From: an uncultured virus (IMG/VR IMGVR_UViG_3300027847_001048)
Taxonomy: Duplodnaviria; Heunggongvirae; Uroviricota; Caudoviricetes
DNA length: 64,000 nt
Strand: one strand, 5' to 3'
Virus record (IMG/VR): IMGVR_UViG_3300027847_001048
Translations under genes and position numbers: made by a program
Notes under the pieces: model-generated
What the model saw: only the letters and a program-made list of their open reading frames with translations
What the model was told of the DNA's origin: nothing
Databases searched by the model: none
Part shown: positions 20,201-28,264 of the stretch, one piece after another
Layout of the letters: the number at the start of each line of letters is the position of its first letter
Position numbering within the stretch: the first letter of the stretch is position 1

Positions 20201-23200
20201 CGTACCGTTACCGTCAAATGACGTTGAACGGTATTACGGTTGGTCTGAACACTACTGTTGATCCCTGTGGTGGGGCAGTGGTTGAAGTGGGGCTGGACGG
20301 TAACTACCTCTACCCAGACACTACTCCCAAGGACGCCCACGAACTGTTCACAGGTAGCCTCGCTACTGGCAAGAGAATGGGGTTCCCCATTCCCACAGAG
20401 GCCATGCCTCGGTTTGGTCGCCAGGACATCCCTTACTTCCAAGACATCACAGGGAATGGGTCGGGGACTTTCCTTGCGGGCATCAACCATATGTTCTGCG
20501 ATTCGACCACGTTGAACAACGAGGTCTTCAAGATCATCGGTGGAGAGGACAACGAATCGAGTGGCTCCCAGGTCAAGCCGATATTCTTCCGAACCGGCAC
20601 CCCCCAGGATTATGGGCACGGCGGCACAGTCATCGGAATAGTGGACAACAAGCCCTACTACGAAGCTCGCAAGGTCTCTGATATCGATGAGTCCACCGAG
20701 AAGGGTACGGTTGTTCGCACCAAGTTCCGAACGGTTGTCTCCAGTGATTTTGGTCCCGGTCTTGACGGTATCCAACTGCCGCCGTATCTCGGAGTGGCCC
20801 GGTTGTACGGGGTCTACGACTACGATGATTACCAGTCGAAGGGTGGCCGCAGCTTTGAGTCAGATCGTGTGACTCTTGAGAATGACCCGGCTACGAATCT
20901 TCTACGCACGGATGCTACCGAGCAAACCTTGTTCATCATGCGGGATGGCGCACTCGATCTCACAGGCGAGACCGGGGACCATACCTATGTGATCCCCTCC
21001 AACGTCATCGATGTGACGCTCTCTCCGAAGCACAAGCTCAACGACTCGACCTCCCAAAAGGAGACTTTCAGGGACTTCGAGTACGTGGTTGAGATGACAG
21101 TGTTCGGGTTCTCCAAGGAATGGATCAACGGGAACAACTACGTGCTGGCTCGCCGTCACGATGCCCAAGGCAACTTGGTTTCCGATGGGGACAACGAAGA
21201 GTTGGAAGACCTCTCGATGGTCTTCCCCTGTGCTGCTTCACTGAACAGCGCAGTGTATTCACTCTACAACCGCACGGTCTACCAGGGTGACCCCTACATG
21301 ACCCGTGCTGGTGCGGTCCGAACGGTCTCCGACTATGAGCATCGCTACGGACAAGTCTCTGTTGCAAATGCCTACGAGCTTGTTCACCCGATCCAGCAGT
21401 TCAACGACCAGGGTGAGGCGCAGGTCCAGCTTCCGAACCCTCGGATGTTTGAAGTCTTGGCCTCTATGGACTTCTACACCACGCTTGGGACAGGTAAGAT
21501 CGGCGGCCACCTCTATCCAGGCACGTTGTTGGATGTTGGCTACACGGAAGACACCCTGAGTTCTTCTCGAAGAATCCCTGGATCATCCGACGACTCGGCA
21601 TGGCGAGTTCTGACCCGTGCCTTCACCGAAGGCCAGAAGACCAACAGCAACCGAGCAGAGGCAGAGATTCGGTTCCTTCCCGGCTCTGTTAGTGCGATGG
21701 ACGGGGCAACGATCACGATCACCGATCTGGACGGCCTCTCCTTTGACTTTACAGCGAGGGCTGCCCTTACTGATGAGGTTGTACTTGGAGAAGACGAGTT
21801 CCGTATCGTTACAGGATATCGTCCCCTCGTTTGGACCCAACAGTTGGACTTCCCCGCCCTGCTCCCCGGCGAAAGCACCTCTTTCACTATTGGTGCAGAC
21901 GGTAGCGGAGAGAACTACGAGACCCACATTCTGAATAACGCAGGACTTCGGTTCGGGAATACCGTAGACATCAATGCGATGACGGGGGCTGATTACCCAG
22001 AGAACTTGATAGTCCAGGCGCTCGTTACGAACGATAACGTCCTCAAGGTTACCGCTACCAACTCGGCGGCGATGGCTGTTCGACATCCTTCAGTCAAGGC
22101 CCAGCACGCATGGGACGGCACGGATGGGGTGGCCTCTACAGGAAGCGCCCCGGTCACAATCTTGGCGCACACTGCCCACACCAGCACTGCAATCACAGTA
22201 GCCGGGGCGGGTCTCAATGATGTGGTTCTGGTCAACATTCACGGGATAGACAGTGATAACGATGACGAATGGGACGGCCCCGTCTCTGGGATCATCGCTG
22301 ACGGCTATGTCTCTCAAGCGGGTGAGGTGAAGATACGTCTCACGAACACCACGGATGCAGATATCGCATTAGAAGATTCTGCTGTGACTTACGAGATTCG
22401 GGTCTTCTTCGCAGACGTGGAAGCCACAACGACTGATCCAGTCGCCCAGAACTTTGTCATTCGGGCTCTCGATACGCATCGGGACGTTGAACTCACAGCC
22501 AACCGCTTTGCCATAGCTGTCAATCGACGCACTGGAATGGGGAACGCTATTCAAGCGATGGCCGCTCATGCTGACATGGTTCGGTTGATTGGTGTTCCCA
22601 CAGGTGCCGAAGGCAACGGCTTGAAGGTAACGACCACCAGGGACAACTCGGGTGCCAACGTGGACGCCGCAAAGACGGTAGCGAGACTGTTTCAGATCGT
22701 TGTACCGCACTCCAACAACCTGCCCATTGATTCGTTCCTGGGGGCGGTGTTTACATCAGCCTATTTCCGAGGTGGTGCAGACATCCCTATGAACGCCGGG
22801 GACGGCACCAGTCAGATGGGTCTGACTGGAATGACGGACCGGTTCCCCTTGGGGATCTTGCTGCAAGACAGTGATTTCGTGTGCGAGAATCCGCTGAACG
22901 ACCAAGCTACGGCGATGAAGACCAGTCCTTCGGGGTTACGTCCGATTCAGACCATGCTTCCTTTGTCGGAACGTGGTGAAGAACACGACCGATTCATGGG
23001 TGAGCCGGGTGAGATGGTCAGCATGTCAGACGGCTCTATCTTGGTTTACACGCCGTTCCATGATGCCAACCGTCCGACAGGCACCCACAACTACCGTGTC
23101 TATCGTGGTGGCGGGGCCGTGATGGCGATGTCAGGCAAGAACCCAGGTGGCCCGGTGGATTGGGTCAGTGAGTCTCTGATCGCCCCCCTGAAGCCCGTTC

Positions 23201-23529
23201 TGAAGGCCGGAGCACTGTGTTGCAAGGCTATGTTGGTTCGGAACTTCGTGGAAGCCGCTTTTGCCGACCCAATGGAGGTCTCGGCGGGTGACGAGATCCA
23301 GATGATTATGATCACTCATGGCGTCCTTGGATCGGGGAACACCCAGAACAACGGCGTGATGATTGCTGGCACAATCAGTCCCACTGGTTATGGTGAAGGC
23401 TATGCTGCCGCAGACCGGTATCGTATCGACGGTAAGCCCATGATGGGCTCTGCCCACTCCAGGGCACATCGTCCGTTCGATGCTGTTGAGCCAGTGCCGC
23501 TCATTACTGATAACGATCCTATCGAGTAG
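17245..23529 (+). CDS. Large (~2094 aa) probable baseplate/tail protein
   Basis: N-terminal WQKGKPPLDSELN and RVDLVFLEAW resemble N-termini of phage baseplate/tail-fibre-base proteins. ATG at 17245 preferred over GTG at 17233. Confidence 0.7.
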   Translation: MAEDFGNGASRTLSALMRQFSAVVWQKGKPPLDSELNLMSQVEAERLRQTVKSVMHSGWLIDPTRTKIDFSCSKDWSNYFVFGKQKSGEKEPLLFANVNGWVIPVAGTFTETEEEKTNRIRLNPPPATDSRVDLVFLEAWQTLVAPNPSEANKPAVDKVWKYGNVEYGGSNIEDDLEDPTIGFETSERCQIQYRIRVYGSGAGLGAGVALDKYPDGLGDLNILGQGTQDAPVAGSSFANVREKLDDPSLWRAGDGDPNNALGTIDGYVYAIPLCAIFRRNTNTFVAVTSAGNPNQNGALDRNPSTGQLADPREGAKALAVPTLLDNLLADSLGTVQVTGLIGSGFDDTLHLPEGLFLQVEDEIIGISEVDVTTTPPTITLEDRGRYGTHATTHLAGSPIQFFSVRPDGLFADEVHPTDILDLRRAVTPGEWDYHRLLEHNIAALAKNDLHSTHKRSAAGDTEGPVVAEVSYMLADGSTDVPNHTEGLDGPDGTRIIFSDACSVQQQVTLLLDNDATLTQGAVNDEFDSNVGWDVAPDFKPSGWVNNEGSTGSWTNGSVIFLHIGGEDGSGGARASFRSGSDKKVRFVTPKEHWKTGYPTVNPLNGNQYPVTVQFLGAPAHQPMALYEQDVDAHALKKHPGPMYPYRRLNFESPFIVLGGLLDSSLRMTGLAVATKYTAIAQAEGFCEIQVDVNFDTEGVYHTTEHGQFENDPSTVSAPLLRGSRTLYGMLTDEGRDRTGKSSEVYVVLYGDNASGGRVNNGCFRVIGAGTAGYTEHSADDAYSIVVAPLDPEFTTFDTTTGGVVTAEFRSQYTNAEDGNGLTTGDPALCIVLTDLGGLADHPWNKALLDDTVGDFDYSFPIDAASGLVKIDAKLVLSTTLLYHPGRGAMARLPDSLTRFSLTNADSTYLRQSPGALDTTFSAASGTPGSETFFDPVHVQLWNRLPSLGWDAPVAPGYGGRIVANTEQDRDNELFIDRGSKTVVFRPYRYRQMTLNGITVGLNTTVDPCGGAVVEVGLDGNYLYPDTTPKDAHELFTGSLATGKRMGFPIPTEAMPRFGRQDIPYFQDITGNGSGTFLAGINHMFCDSTTLNNEVFKIIGGEDNESSGSQVKPIFFRTGTPQDYGHGGTVIGIVDNKPYYEARKVSDIDESTEKGTVVRTKFRTVVSSDFGPGLDGIQLPPYLGVARLYGVYDYDDYQSKGGRSFESDRVTLENDPATNLLRTDATEQTLFIMRDGALDLTGETGDHTYVIPSNVIDVTLSPKHKLNDSTSQKETFRDFEYVVEMTVFGFSKEWINGNNYVLARRHDAQGNLVSDGDNEELEDLSMVFPCAASLNSAVYSLYNRTVYQGDPYMTRAGAVRTVSDYEHRYGQVSVANAYELVHPIQQFNDQGEAQVQLPNPRMFEVLASMDFYTTLGTGKIGGHLYPGTLLDVGYTEDTLSSSRRIPGSSDDSAWRVLTRAFTEGQKTNSNRAEAEIRFLPGSVSAMDGATITITDLDGLSFDFTARAALTDEVVLGEDEFRIVTGYRPLVWTQQLDFPALLPGESTSFTIGADGSGENYETHILNNAGLRFGNTVDINAMTGADYPENLIVQALVTNDNVLKVTATNSAAMAVRHPSVKAQHAWDGTDGVASTGSAPVTILAHTAHTSTAITVAGAGLNDVVLVNIHGIDSDNDDEWDGPVSGIIADGYVSQAGEVKIRLTNTTDADIALEDSAVTYEIRVFFADVEATTTDPVAQNFVIRALDTHRDVELTANRFAIAVNRRTGMGNAIQAMAAHADMVRLIGVPTGAEGNGLKVTTTRDNSGANVDAAKTVARLFQIVVPHSNNLPIDSFLGAVFTSAYFRGGADIPMNAGDGTSQMGLTGMTDRFPLGILLQDSDFVCENPLNDQATAMKTSPSGLRPIQTMLPLSERGEEHDRFMGEPGEMVSMSDGSILVYTPFHDANRPTGTHNYRVYRGGGAVMAMSGKNPGGPVDWVSESLIAPLKPVLKAGALCCKAMLVRNFVEAAFADPMEVSAGDEIQMIMITHGVLGSGNTQNNGVMIAGTISPTGYGEGYAAADRYRIDGKPMMGSAHSRAHRPFDAVEPVPLITDNDPIE

Positions 23530-23536
23530 GAAGAAT

Positions 23537-23761
23537 ATGCCTTTCGTAAGCAGAGCCGAAATCGACCAGAAGGTGCTTGTTGCATCAATGGACACGTATA
23601 GGCAACGACTACGGCAAGCACTCCTTGATCCTGCCCTCACTGGTGACCAGCGGCAGAACATCAAAGAACGGCTCACTAATCTTGGACAGCCCAAGGTTTA
23701 CCGTGAAGATACACCACCACCACCCGGCGCTATCGAACTACCAGTAGATAACGAAATCTGA
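23537..23761 (+). CDS. Small hypothetical protein (74 aa)
   Basis: ATG at 23537 after AGGAAG, immediately following the large ORF. Confidence 0.6.
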   Translation: MPFVSRAEIDQKVLVASMDTYRQRLRQALLDPALTGDQRQNIKERLTNLGQPKVYREDTPPPPGAIELPVDNEI

Positions 23762-23814
23762 TTCGTTCGGTAGAGTACCCCGGCTAATACGACGATACTG
23801 TAAGGAGATCGACT

Positions 23815-24432
23815 ATGTTGAAGCATTATCTGGTAGCTACCGTTGCTGCTTTTCTTTTGATCACAGCCGTTCCGGCATCTGCCGAAACCCCAACTAATAC
23901 CGGCAATACTGCTGTTGCCACCACCACTGCCACCACCGGCAATACTGCCGAAACGGTGACAACTGCGGGCACCAACACTGCCAAGACGGTGACGACAGAA
24001 GCAACGGGCACAGCAGGCACAGTGGCTACTGGTGAAGAAGCCAAGCCTGACGCCACGTTTGAGGCTACGGGAGAGGGCCTGGAAGGTCAGCTTTCCGATG
24101 AGCAGATGACTCAGGCCGTTGACGCCATGATCCAAGCAGTGGGAGATGAAGCAGGACCATTCGCGTTCCTGGCTCTTCTCTGCATGTTCATAGGGACACT
24201 CCTGAAGAACATGGTGCTGCCCCGAGTGAACATGGACAAGAAGTGGACCCCAGTCGCTACGATGGGTGTGTCTTGTCTTGCTGCTGTTGGCTATTGCATG
24301 TGGGCGGGTGTTCCGGTGCTGGAAGCCTTACCGACCGTGGCTCTCGCTGTGGCAACCGCCGTTGGCGGCTACGAGATGGTCGTGAAGCACGTCATGGCGC
24401 TCGTCAAGTCAGACAAAGAGGCTGAAGCCTAA
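23815..24432 (+). CDS. Membrane protein: signal peptide, Thr-rich linker, ~3 C-terminal TM segments (holin-like topology possible)
   Basis: TAAGGAG RBS; signal peptide ending in ASA; TGNTA repeats; hydrophobic C-terminal helices. Confidence 0.7.
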   Translation: MLKHYLVATVAAFLLITAVPASAETPTNTGNTAVATTTATTGNTAETVTTAGTNTAKTVTTEATGTAGTVATGEEAKPDATFEATGEGLEGQLSDEQMTQAVDAMIQAVGDEAGPFAFLALLCMFIGTLLKNMVLPRVNMDKKWTPVATMGVSCLAAVGYCMWAGVPVLEALPTVALAVATAVGGYEMVVKHVMALVKSDKEAEA

Positions 24433-24471
24433 TACAACTCGACCCCGCTCTCTGCCCCCAGGGTAGCAGCG

Positions 24472-24510
24472 AAAAAAGCCCCTTACCGGTTCGCCGGTAA
24501 GGGGCTTTTT
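24472..24510. terminator. Bidirectional rho-independent terminator
   Basis: AAAAAAGCCCCTTACCGG-TTCG-CCGGTAAGGGGCTTTTT: perfect hairpin with A/T tails on both sides, between convergent genes. Confidence 0.9.
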
Positions 24511-24514
24511 AGTT

Positions 24515-24835
24515 CTAACTGTCGTCTTGTTTTCGCTGATAAGACTTGCGGTGGAAGACCGCTTGGGATGCGTGTTCACGGTGCGGCTGGTGATTCCGGT
24601 CTTCTGGGATTTCCAGGGTGTACCGCATCTTCCGCTTACCCCCAACCGCTGCAAGGAGCGTTCGTAACGCATCTGCGTGGGAACCCCCTCGACCGATGAC
24701 TTTGCCTACGTCTCTGGGATCTACTGTGAGTTCGAGAATACAGGTGCGTGACCCAACGACTTCCAGACACGATACTTGGTCTGGATAATCTACGATCTCT
24801 CGGATTACCACTTCAACTAACTGCGGCACATCCAT
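24515..24835 (-). CDS. khpA: KH-domain RNA-binding protein, KhpA/YlqC family
   Basis: IVDYPDQV...LELTVDPRDVGKVIGRGG...ALRTLLAA matches the KH_4 (KhpA) pattern, including the GxxG loop. Confidence 0.85.
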   Translation of the reverse strand: MDVPQLVEVVIREIVDYPDQVSCLEVVGSRTCILELTVDPRDVGKVIGRGGSHADALRTLLAAVGGKRKMRYTLEIPEDRNHQPHREHASQAVFHRKSYQRKQDDS

Positions 24836-24921
24836 GACGGTCTCTCCGTTACATTTTGATTATGATACAGCAAATCCAAGGATTGGAAATGCTGTTGGAG
24901 GCGGGGGGTATGGAACTTTGA

Positions 24922-25710
24922 TTAGAGCCAAGGCCGCTCTCTCCAGATACGACGGTAACTTCTCATTTGGTGGCGGGCGTACCTGCGGGCACCTTCACCG
25001 CTGCCATTATAGATCCTAAAGGCTTCTTGAGTATCGCCTCGGCTGCGTTTGTTGCACCGCCAGAGGATATAAGCCGCCGCACGTAGGTTGGTGAGGGGTT
25101 TCCACAGATCTTCCTTGGAGGAAATGCCAAGCTCCTTCTTGAGTGTTTCAAGCCACACTCGGGGGTAGATCTGGGTTAGCCCAATCTCCCCGACTTTACC
25201 AAAAGCCTTCTGTGAGCACTTCGATTCTCGGTACACAGTCAAAGCAAGAGCTTTCGGGTTGATGTCATATTCCCCGGCAGCTTGAAGAATCAAGCTGTCG
25301 AAGTTTTCGGGTGGTTGGATCTTGCAGTGTTCCGAGAAGCGTTCCTCGACTATTTCCCCGGCAACCTCCAGACAATCGTCTGCTTCATCACCTCCGCAGC
25401 ACATTGTCGTGACGCAACAATCGGGGCACTTGGCACAGTTGTCGAGGATGTACCTCTCATGCCATGAGAGGTCTTCCCAAGAAGGATCACTTATGTCCTG
25501 CGTGGAGACCTCGGTAGCCTCGACCGACACTTCACTTGGGAAGTAGTATTCCGGTTCCTCAACTCCGAGACTGATCGTGTACTCGCCAACATTGGAGAGT
25601 CCAGCGGTCCCACCACCGGGTTGGTGATAAGCGTTGTTGGTGTCACCCGCATCAGCGTTACCGGCACACGCATACAATAGGAACGAGAGGCATAGCGATA
25701 TAGTTCTCAT
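24922..25710 (-). CDS. Lytic transglycosylase (SLT domain) with lipoprotein-like signal
   Basis: YRES (catalytic Glu), GEIGLTQI, NLRAAAYIL and YNG motifs; N-terminal hydrophobic stretch ending in LYAC. Confidence 0.85.
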   Translation of the reverse strand: MRTISLCLSFLLYACAGNADAGDTNNAYHQPGGGTAGLSNVGEYTISLGVEEPEYYFPSEVSVEATEVSTQDISDPSWEDLSWHERYILDNCAKCPDCCVTTMCCGGDEADDCLEVAGEIVEERFSEHCKIQPPENFDSLILQAAGEYDINPKALALTVYRESKCSQKAFGKVGEIGLTQIYPRVWLETLKKELGISSKEDLWKPLTNLRAAAYILWRCNKRSRGDTQEAFRIYNGSGEGARRYARHQMRSYRRIWRERPWL

Positions 25711-25807
25711 CAGACTTCTCCGTGCAGCTTCCTTCAGACCCCAACCATACTCACTGGAGTTCAGAAGTTACCTACCACCTGCTATTGAAGGAAAACCTGG
25801 GAAGCCC

Positions 25808-26182
25808 TTATGCGAGCCCCTCTTTACGAAGAGCCGCACGAAAATCTGCATCGGAGCGGGCTTCTTGACGGGTGCGGAGTCCGTAGTCACGGGGGCGAGC
25901 CCGTTGTGAACCTTGGGAGTTCCATCGCTGACCTTTACGGAATCGACCCGCTTGCTGATCGCAAGCACAGGTGACCAGATCACGGGGCGAAACCCCCGGC
26001 ACCCAATCACGGTTGAAAGCACCATCCTCCCCGACTCGACGGACGTGGATAGCCAGATGTTTACGCCACTCACGAAGAGTACGCTCTCGTTCCAATGCTG
26101 CACGACGCATGGCGTCTTCTCCTATCATTTCCAGAACGGCGAACCGTTCAAGGGCTTGGGGGTCGATGCCCACGGGCGGCAC
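25808..26182 (-). CDS. Hypothetical Arg-rich protein
   Basis: ORF lies downstream of the minus-strand motif copy at 26284-26311. Start codon uncertain. Confidence 0.5.
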   Translation of the reverse strand: MPPVGIDPQALERFAVLEMIGEDAMRRAALERERTLREWRKHLAIHVRRVGEDGAFNRDWVPGVSPRDLVTCACDQQAGRFRKGQRWNSQGSQRARPRDYGLRTRQEARSDADFRAALRKEGLA

Positions 26183-26283
26183 CTTGATTTTTGACGGAAG
26201 CAGCCCACCTGCTCCCTAAACCATGCACATACGTTGGTGTTCTCCTACGTGTTGAGGTTCGAGGTTATCTCCGCCTCTCACAA

Positions 26284-26311
26284 CGTCTACCCCCGGTATC
26301 CGAAAGGTAAC
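26284..26311 (-). promoter_or_regulatory. 28-bp bipartite motif, copy 1 (putative promoter)
   Basis: GTTACCTTTCGGATACCGGGGGTAGACG on the minus strand. Confidence 0.75.
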
Positions 26312-26355
26312 AATAAATCATAAAACCCAATGATTTCAAGGACTTACGAAAGTTT

Positions 26356-26383
26356 GTTACCTTTCGATCCGTCAGGGTAGACG
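26356..26383 (+). promoter_or_regulatory. 28-bp bipartite motif, copy 2
   Basis: GTTACCTTTCGATCCGTCAGGGTAGACG. Confidence 0.75.
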
Positions 26384-26384
26384 T

Positions 26385-26472
26385 TGTGAGAGCGATGGCA
26401 TGGACGAAGCTGGGTGTAAGCCCCGCAGGGAACGTAAGTCGGGATGCCCGAAGTGCCGTCACCTCTCTTACA
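26385..26472 (+). ncRNA. Candidate small structured RNA 1
   Basis: The 5' and 3' ends pair (UGUGAGAG/CUCUUACA and GAUGGCAU/GUGCCGUC). Internal GGU-GUAA-GCC and UCGGG/CCCGA hairpins. Bounded by two motif copies. Confidence 0.55.
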
Positions 26473-26480
26473 CAGCCCCG

Positions 26481-26508
26481 GTTACTTTTCGGTACCCGGG
26501 GGTAGACG
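26481..26508 (+). promoter_or_regulatory. 28-bp bipartite motif, copy 3
   Basis: GTTACTTTTCGGTACCCGGGGGTAGACG. Confidence 0.75.
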
Positions 26509-26627
26509 AAATGAGGGTAGTCCGATTCGGTCGGAAACAGGGTCCAGAGCGAAGCCACCACCGAGAGGTCTGGGGCCGAGTGTTGACGGACAGGGAGAGA
26601 GTAGGCCGCTCCCAACTACCATCATTT
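26509..26627 (+). ncRNA. Candidate small structured RNA 2
   Basis: Terminal stem AAAUGA-G-GGUAGU/ACUACC-A-UCAUUU encloses several hairpins (CCGA/UCGG, ACC-GAGA-GGU, GGGAG/CUCCC). Confidence 0.6.
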
Positions 26628-26632
26628 TCCTC

Positions 26633-26660
26633 GTTACCTTTCGAGAGGCGAGGGTAGACG
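26633..26660 (+). promoter_or_regulatory. 28-bp bipartite motif, copy 4
   Basis: GTTACCTTTCGAGAGGCGAGGGTAGACG, 31 nt before ATG 26692. Confidence 0.75.
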
Positions 26661-26691
26661 AGGCAGGACACACAGCGAGAGGAAACAGAAC

Positions 26692-27663
26692 ATGGGTTCA
26701 TCAGACCACATCAAAGTTGCGGACCTTCACGGGATGCCCGTGCCAGACTTTTTCACCACCTGCTATTCGCTGACGGCGAGTCACTGCTGCGTGTGTGCAA
26801 CCCCTCTCCGAGATGCCTTGAGCGTCCAGCTAATGATCGGCCCTACCTGCCGTAAGCGGTACGGCTACCTCGATCTCCCCGAGAACCCCAACATGCCCGT
26901 GGCGTTGGGTCTGGTCGCTGCGTTGGAGCAGCAGGACAACATCAAGCCGATGGTGGTCCGCTACCTGCTCGCCAACCGGGACGACCCCCGAATGATGTGC
27001 AACATCTTGACGGCGTTCGCCAGCGTCCACTACTCCGACAAGACGTTGGTCTTGGCGGCTTCCCCCATCATCCGTGCGCTCGGTTACCCAAAGCTCGCTG
27101 AAAAGCTGGAGTGGGACCGCAGCGTGGTCCAGATCCGCAAGGATTGGGCAGCGAAGCGCATCGAAGTCTACACCCCCTACAACCGCCAGTTCGTTGTGGA
27201 CCTCCACAAGCTGACTGGACAGTCTGCCGAGAAGGTCTACAACGAGCGCAAGGACCGCAGCGGCAACGTCCGTCAGGGCAAGTTCAAGTGCTGGTCTATA
27301 CCGGAGCGATTCGAGGCCGATCTCATGGCCCTGATTCGGGGCTACTACGAGGGCGAGGCCATTTATGACGGTGAGGGCGTGAGCGTCATCCCCGGCCCCA
27401 CAGATGCCGAGAAGGCTGTCGCCGTGAAGGTGAAGGTCTCCCTGGCTTCCCAGGTTCGCATCGAGCCTGGAAGTACCTCCCGTGCCCGAGTGGCCGTGTT
27501 CAGCCCGCCCCCGTGGGAAGACGAGGCGTGCAAGGCGTTCGTGGACGGTGTTCGGAACATCCGTGGTCGCTCGTTCGACCGTGACCGCAAGTGCTGGACG
27601 GTTCCTGCCGCTGCCTTGCAGCGAGTCGAAGACTTGAAGGCCCAACATTTCGGAGCCGAGTAA
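26692..27663 (+). CDS. DUF6011-like Zn-finger protein with C-terminal HARP-like repeats
   Basis: CCVCATPLRDALSVQLMIGPTC (DUF6011 pattern); TPYNRQFVVDL and FVDGVRNIRGRSFDRDRKCWTVP (HARP/DUF5710-like). Confidence 0.65.
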   Translation: MGSSDHIKVADLHGMPVPDFFTTCYSLTASHCCVCATPLRDALSVQLMIGPTCRKRYGYLDLPENPNMPVALGLVAALEQQDNIKPMVVRYLLANRDDPRMMCNILTAFASVHYSDKTLVLAASPIIRALGYPKLAEKLEWDRSVVQIRKDWAAKRIEVYTPYNRQFVVDLHKLTGQSAEKVYNERKDRSGNVRQGKFKCWSIPERFEADLMALIRGYYEGEAIYDGEGVSVIPGPTDAEKAVAVKVKVSLASQVRIEPGSTSRARVAVFSPPPWEDEACKAFVDGVRNIRGRSFDRDRKCWTVPAAALQRVEDLKAQHFGAE

Positions 27664-27698
27664 GCCAGTTACTTTCTCGGAGTAAGCCAGTTACTTTC
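27658..27698 (+). repeat. 19-bp direct repeat (22-nt period) duplicating the upstream box of the motif
   Basis: GAGTAAGCCAGTTACTTTC at 27658 and 27680. Confidence 0.85.
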
Positions 27699-27717
27699 CA
27701 ACCCCCGAGGGTAAACG
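27690..27717 (+). promoter_or_regulatory. 28-bp bipartite motif, copy 5
   Basis: GTTACTTTCCAACCCCCGAGGGTAAACG, 22 nt before ATG 27740. Confidence 0.7.
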
Positions 27718-27739
27718 TCGCAGAGGAAGGAATAGCACT

Positions 27740-28264
27740 ATGTCATACTACACCATCCAAGCAGCAGCAGAGGCCGCAAGACTGGGTATCCCCTGGAAGG
27801 TCCGTCTGGAATACACGGGCTACAACGACAAAAACGCCAGCGGCAACAGCTACAAGTTCTGGGAGGCCAACGGCGTTCCAGGCTCTACGGCTGTCACCAT
27901 TCGCTACGGGCGCATCGGCTCGGCAGGGCGACCGCTCCAGAAGGATTGGAGCTACTTCGTTGAGAAGTTTCCCGAGAAGCAGGCCAAGGGGTACGACTAT
28001 GATTCCCGTACCCAAAGTGCCGTGGATCAGCCCGAGGCTACGCCCGTCACGACTCTGGCAGACGGCACGATCTCCGAGATTGAGGTCAGCCAAGTGGTCG
28101 CATCGACCTTCGGCGCAGGCCCCTACGGTCAGATCCGCAGCGTTCTCCGCTCGGTGATGAGCGGTACGGAGTGCTGGTCGGCCTATGACGAACACGGCAC
28201 CCTCATCATGCAGTTGCCCGAGGCTGGCGTGGAAACCATCAAGGAAGCGGTACTGGCAGTATGA
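27740..28264 (+). CDS. WGR-domain protein
   Basis: SYKFWE...VTIRYGRIGSAG...KQAKGY pattern. Confidence 0.8.
   Translation: MSYYTIQAAAEAARLGIPWKVRLEYTGYNDKNASGNSYKFWEANGVPGSTAVTIRYGRIGSAGRPLQKDWSYFVEKFPEKQAKGYDYDSRTQSAVDQPEATPVTTLADGTISEIEVSQVVASTFGAGPYGQIRSVLRSVMSGTECWSAYDEHGTLIMQLPEAGVETIKEAVLAV

Noticed and set aside
26356..26660. CRISPR or TIGR-like repeat-spacer array
   Set aside because: Repeats are degenerate in the middle, spacers are long and unequal (97 and 124 nt), copies are dispersed on both strands upstream of genes, and no cas or Nop-domain gene is in the window. A promoter interpretation fits better.
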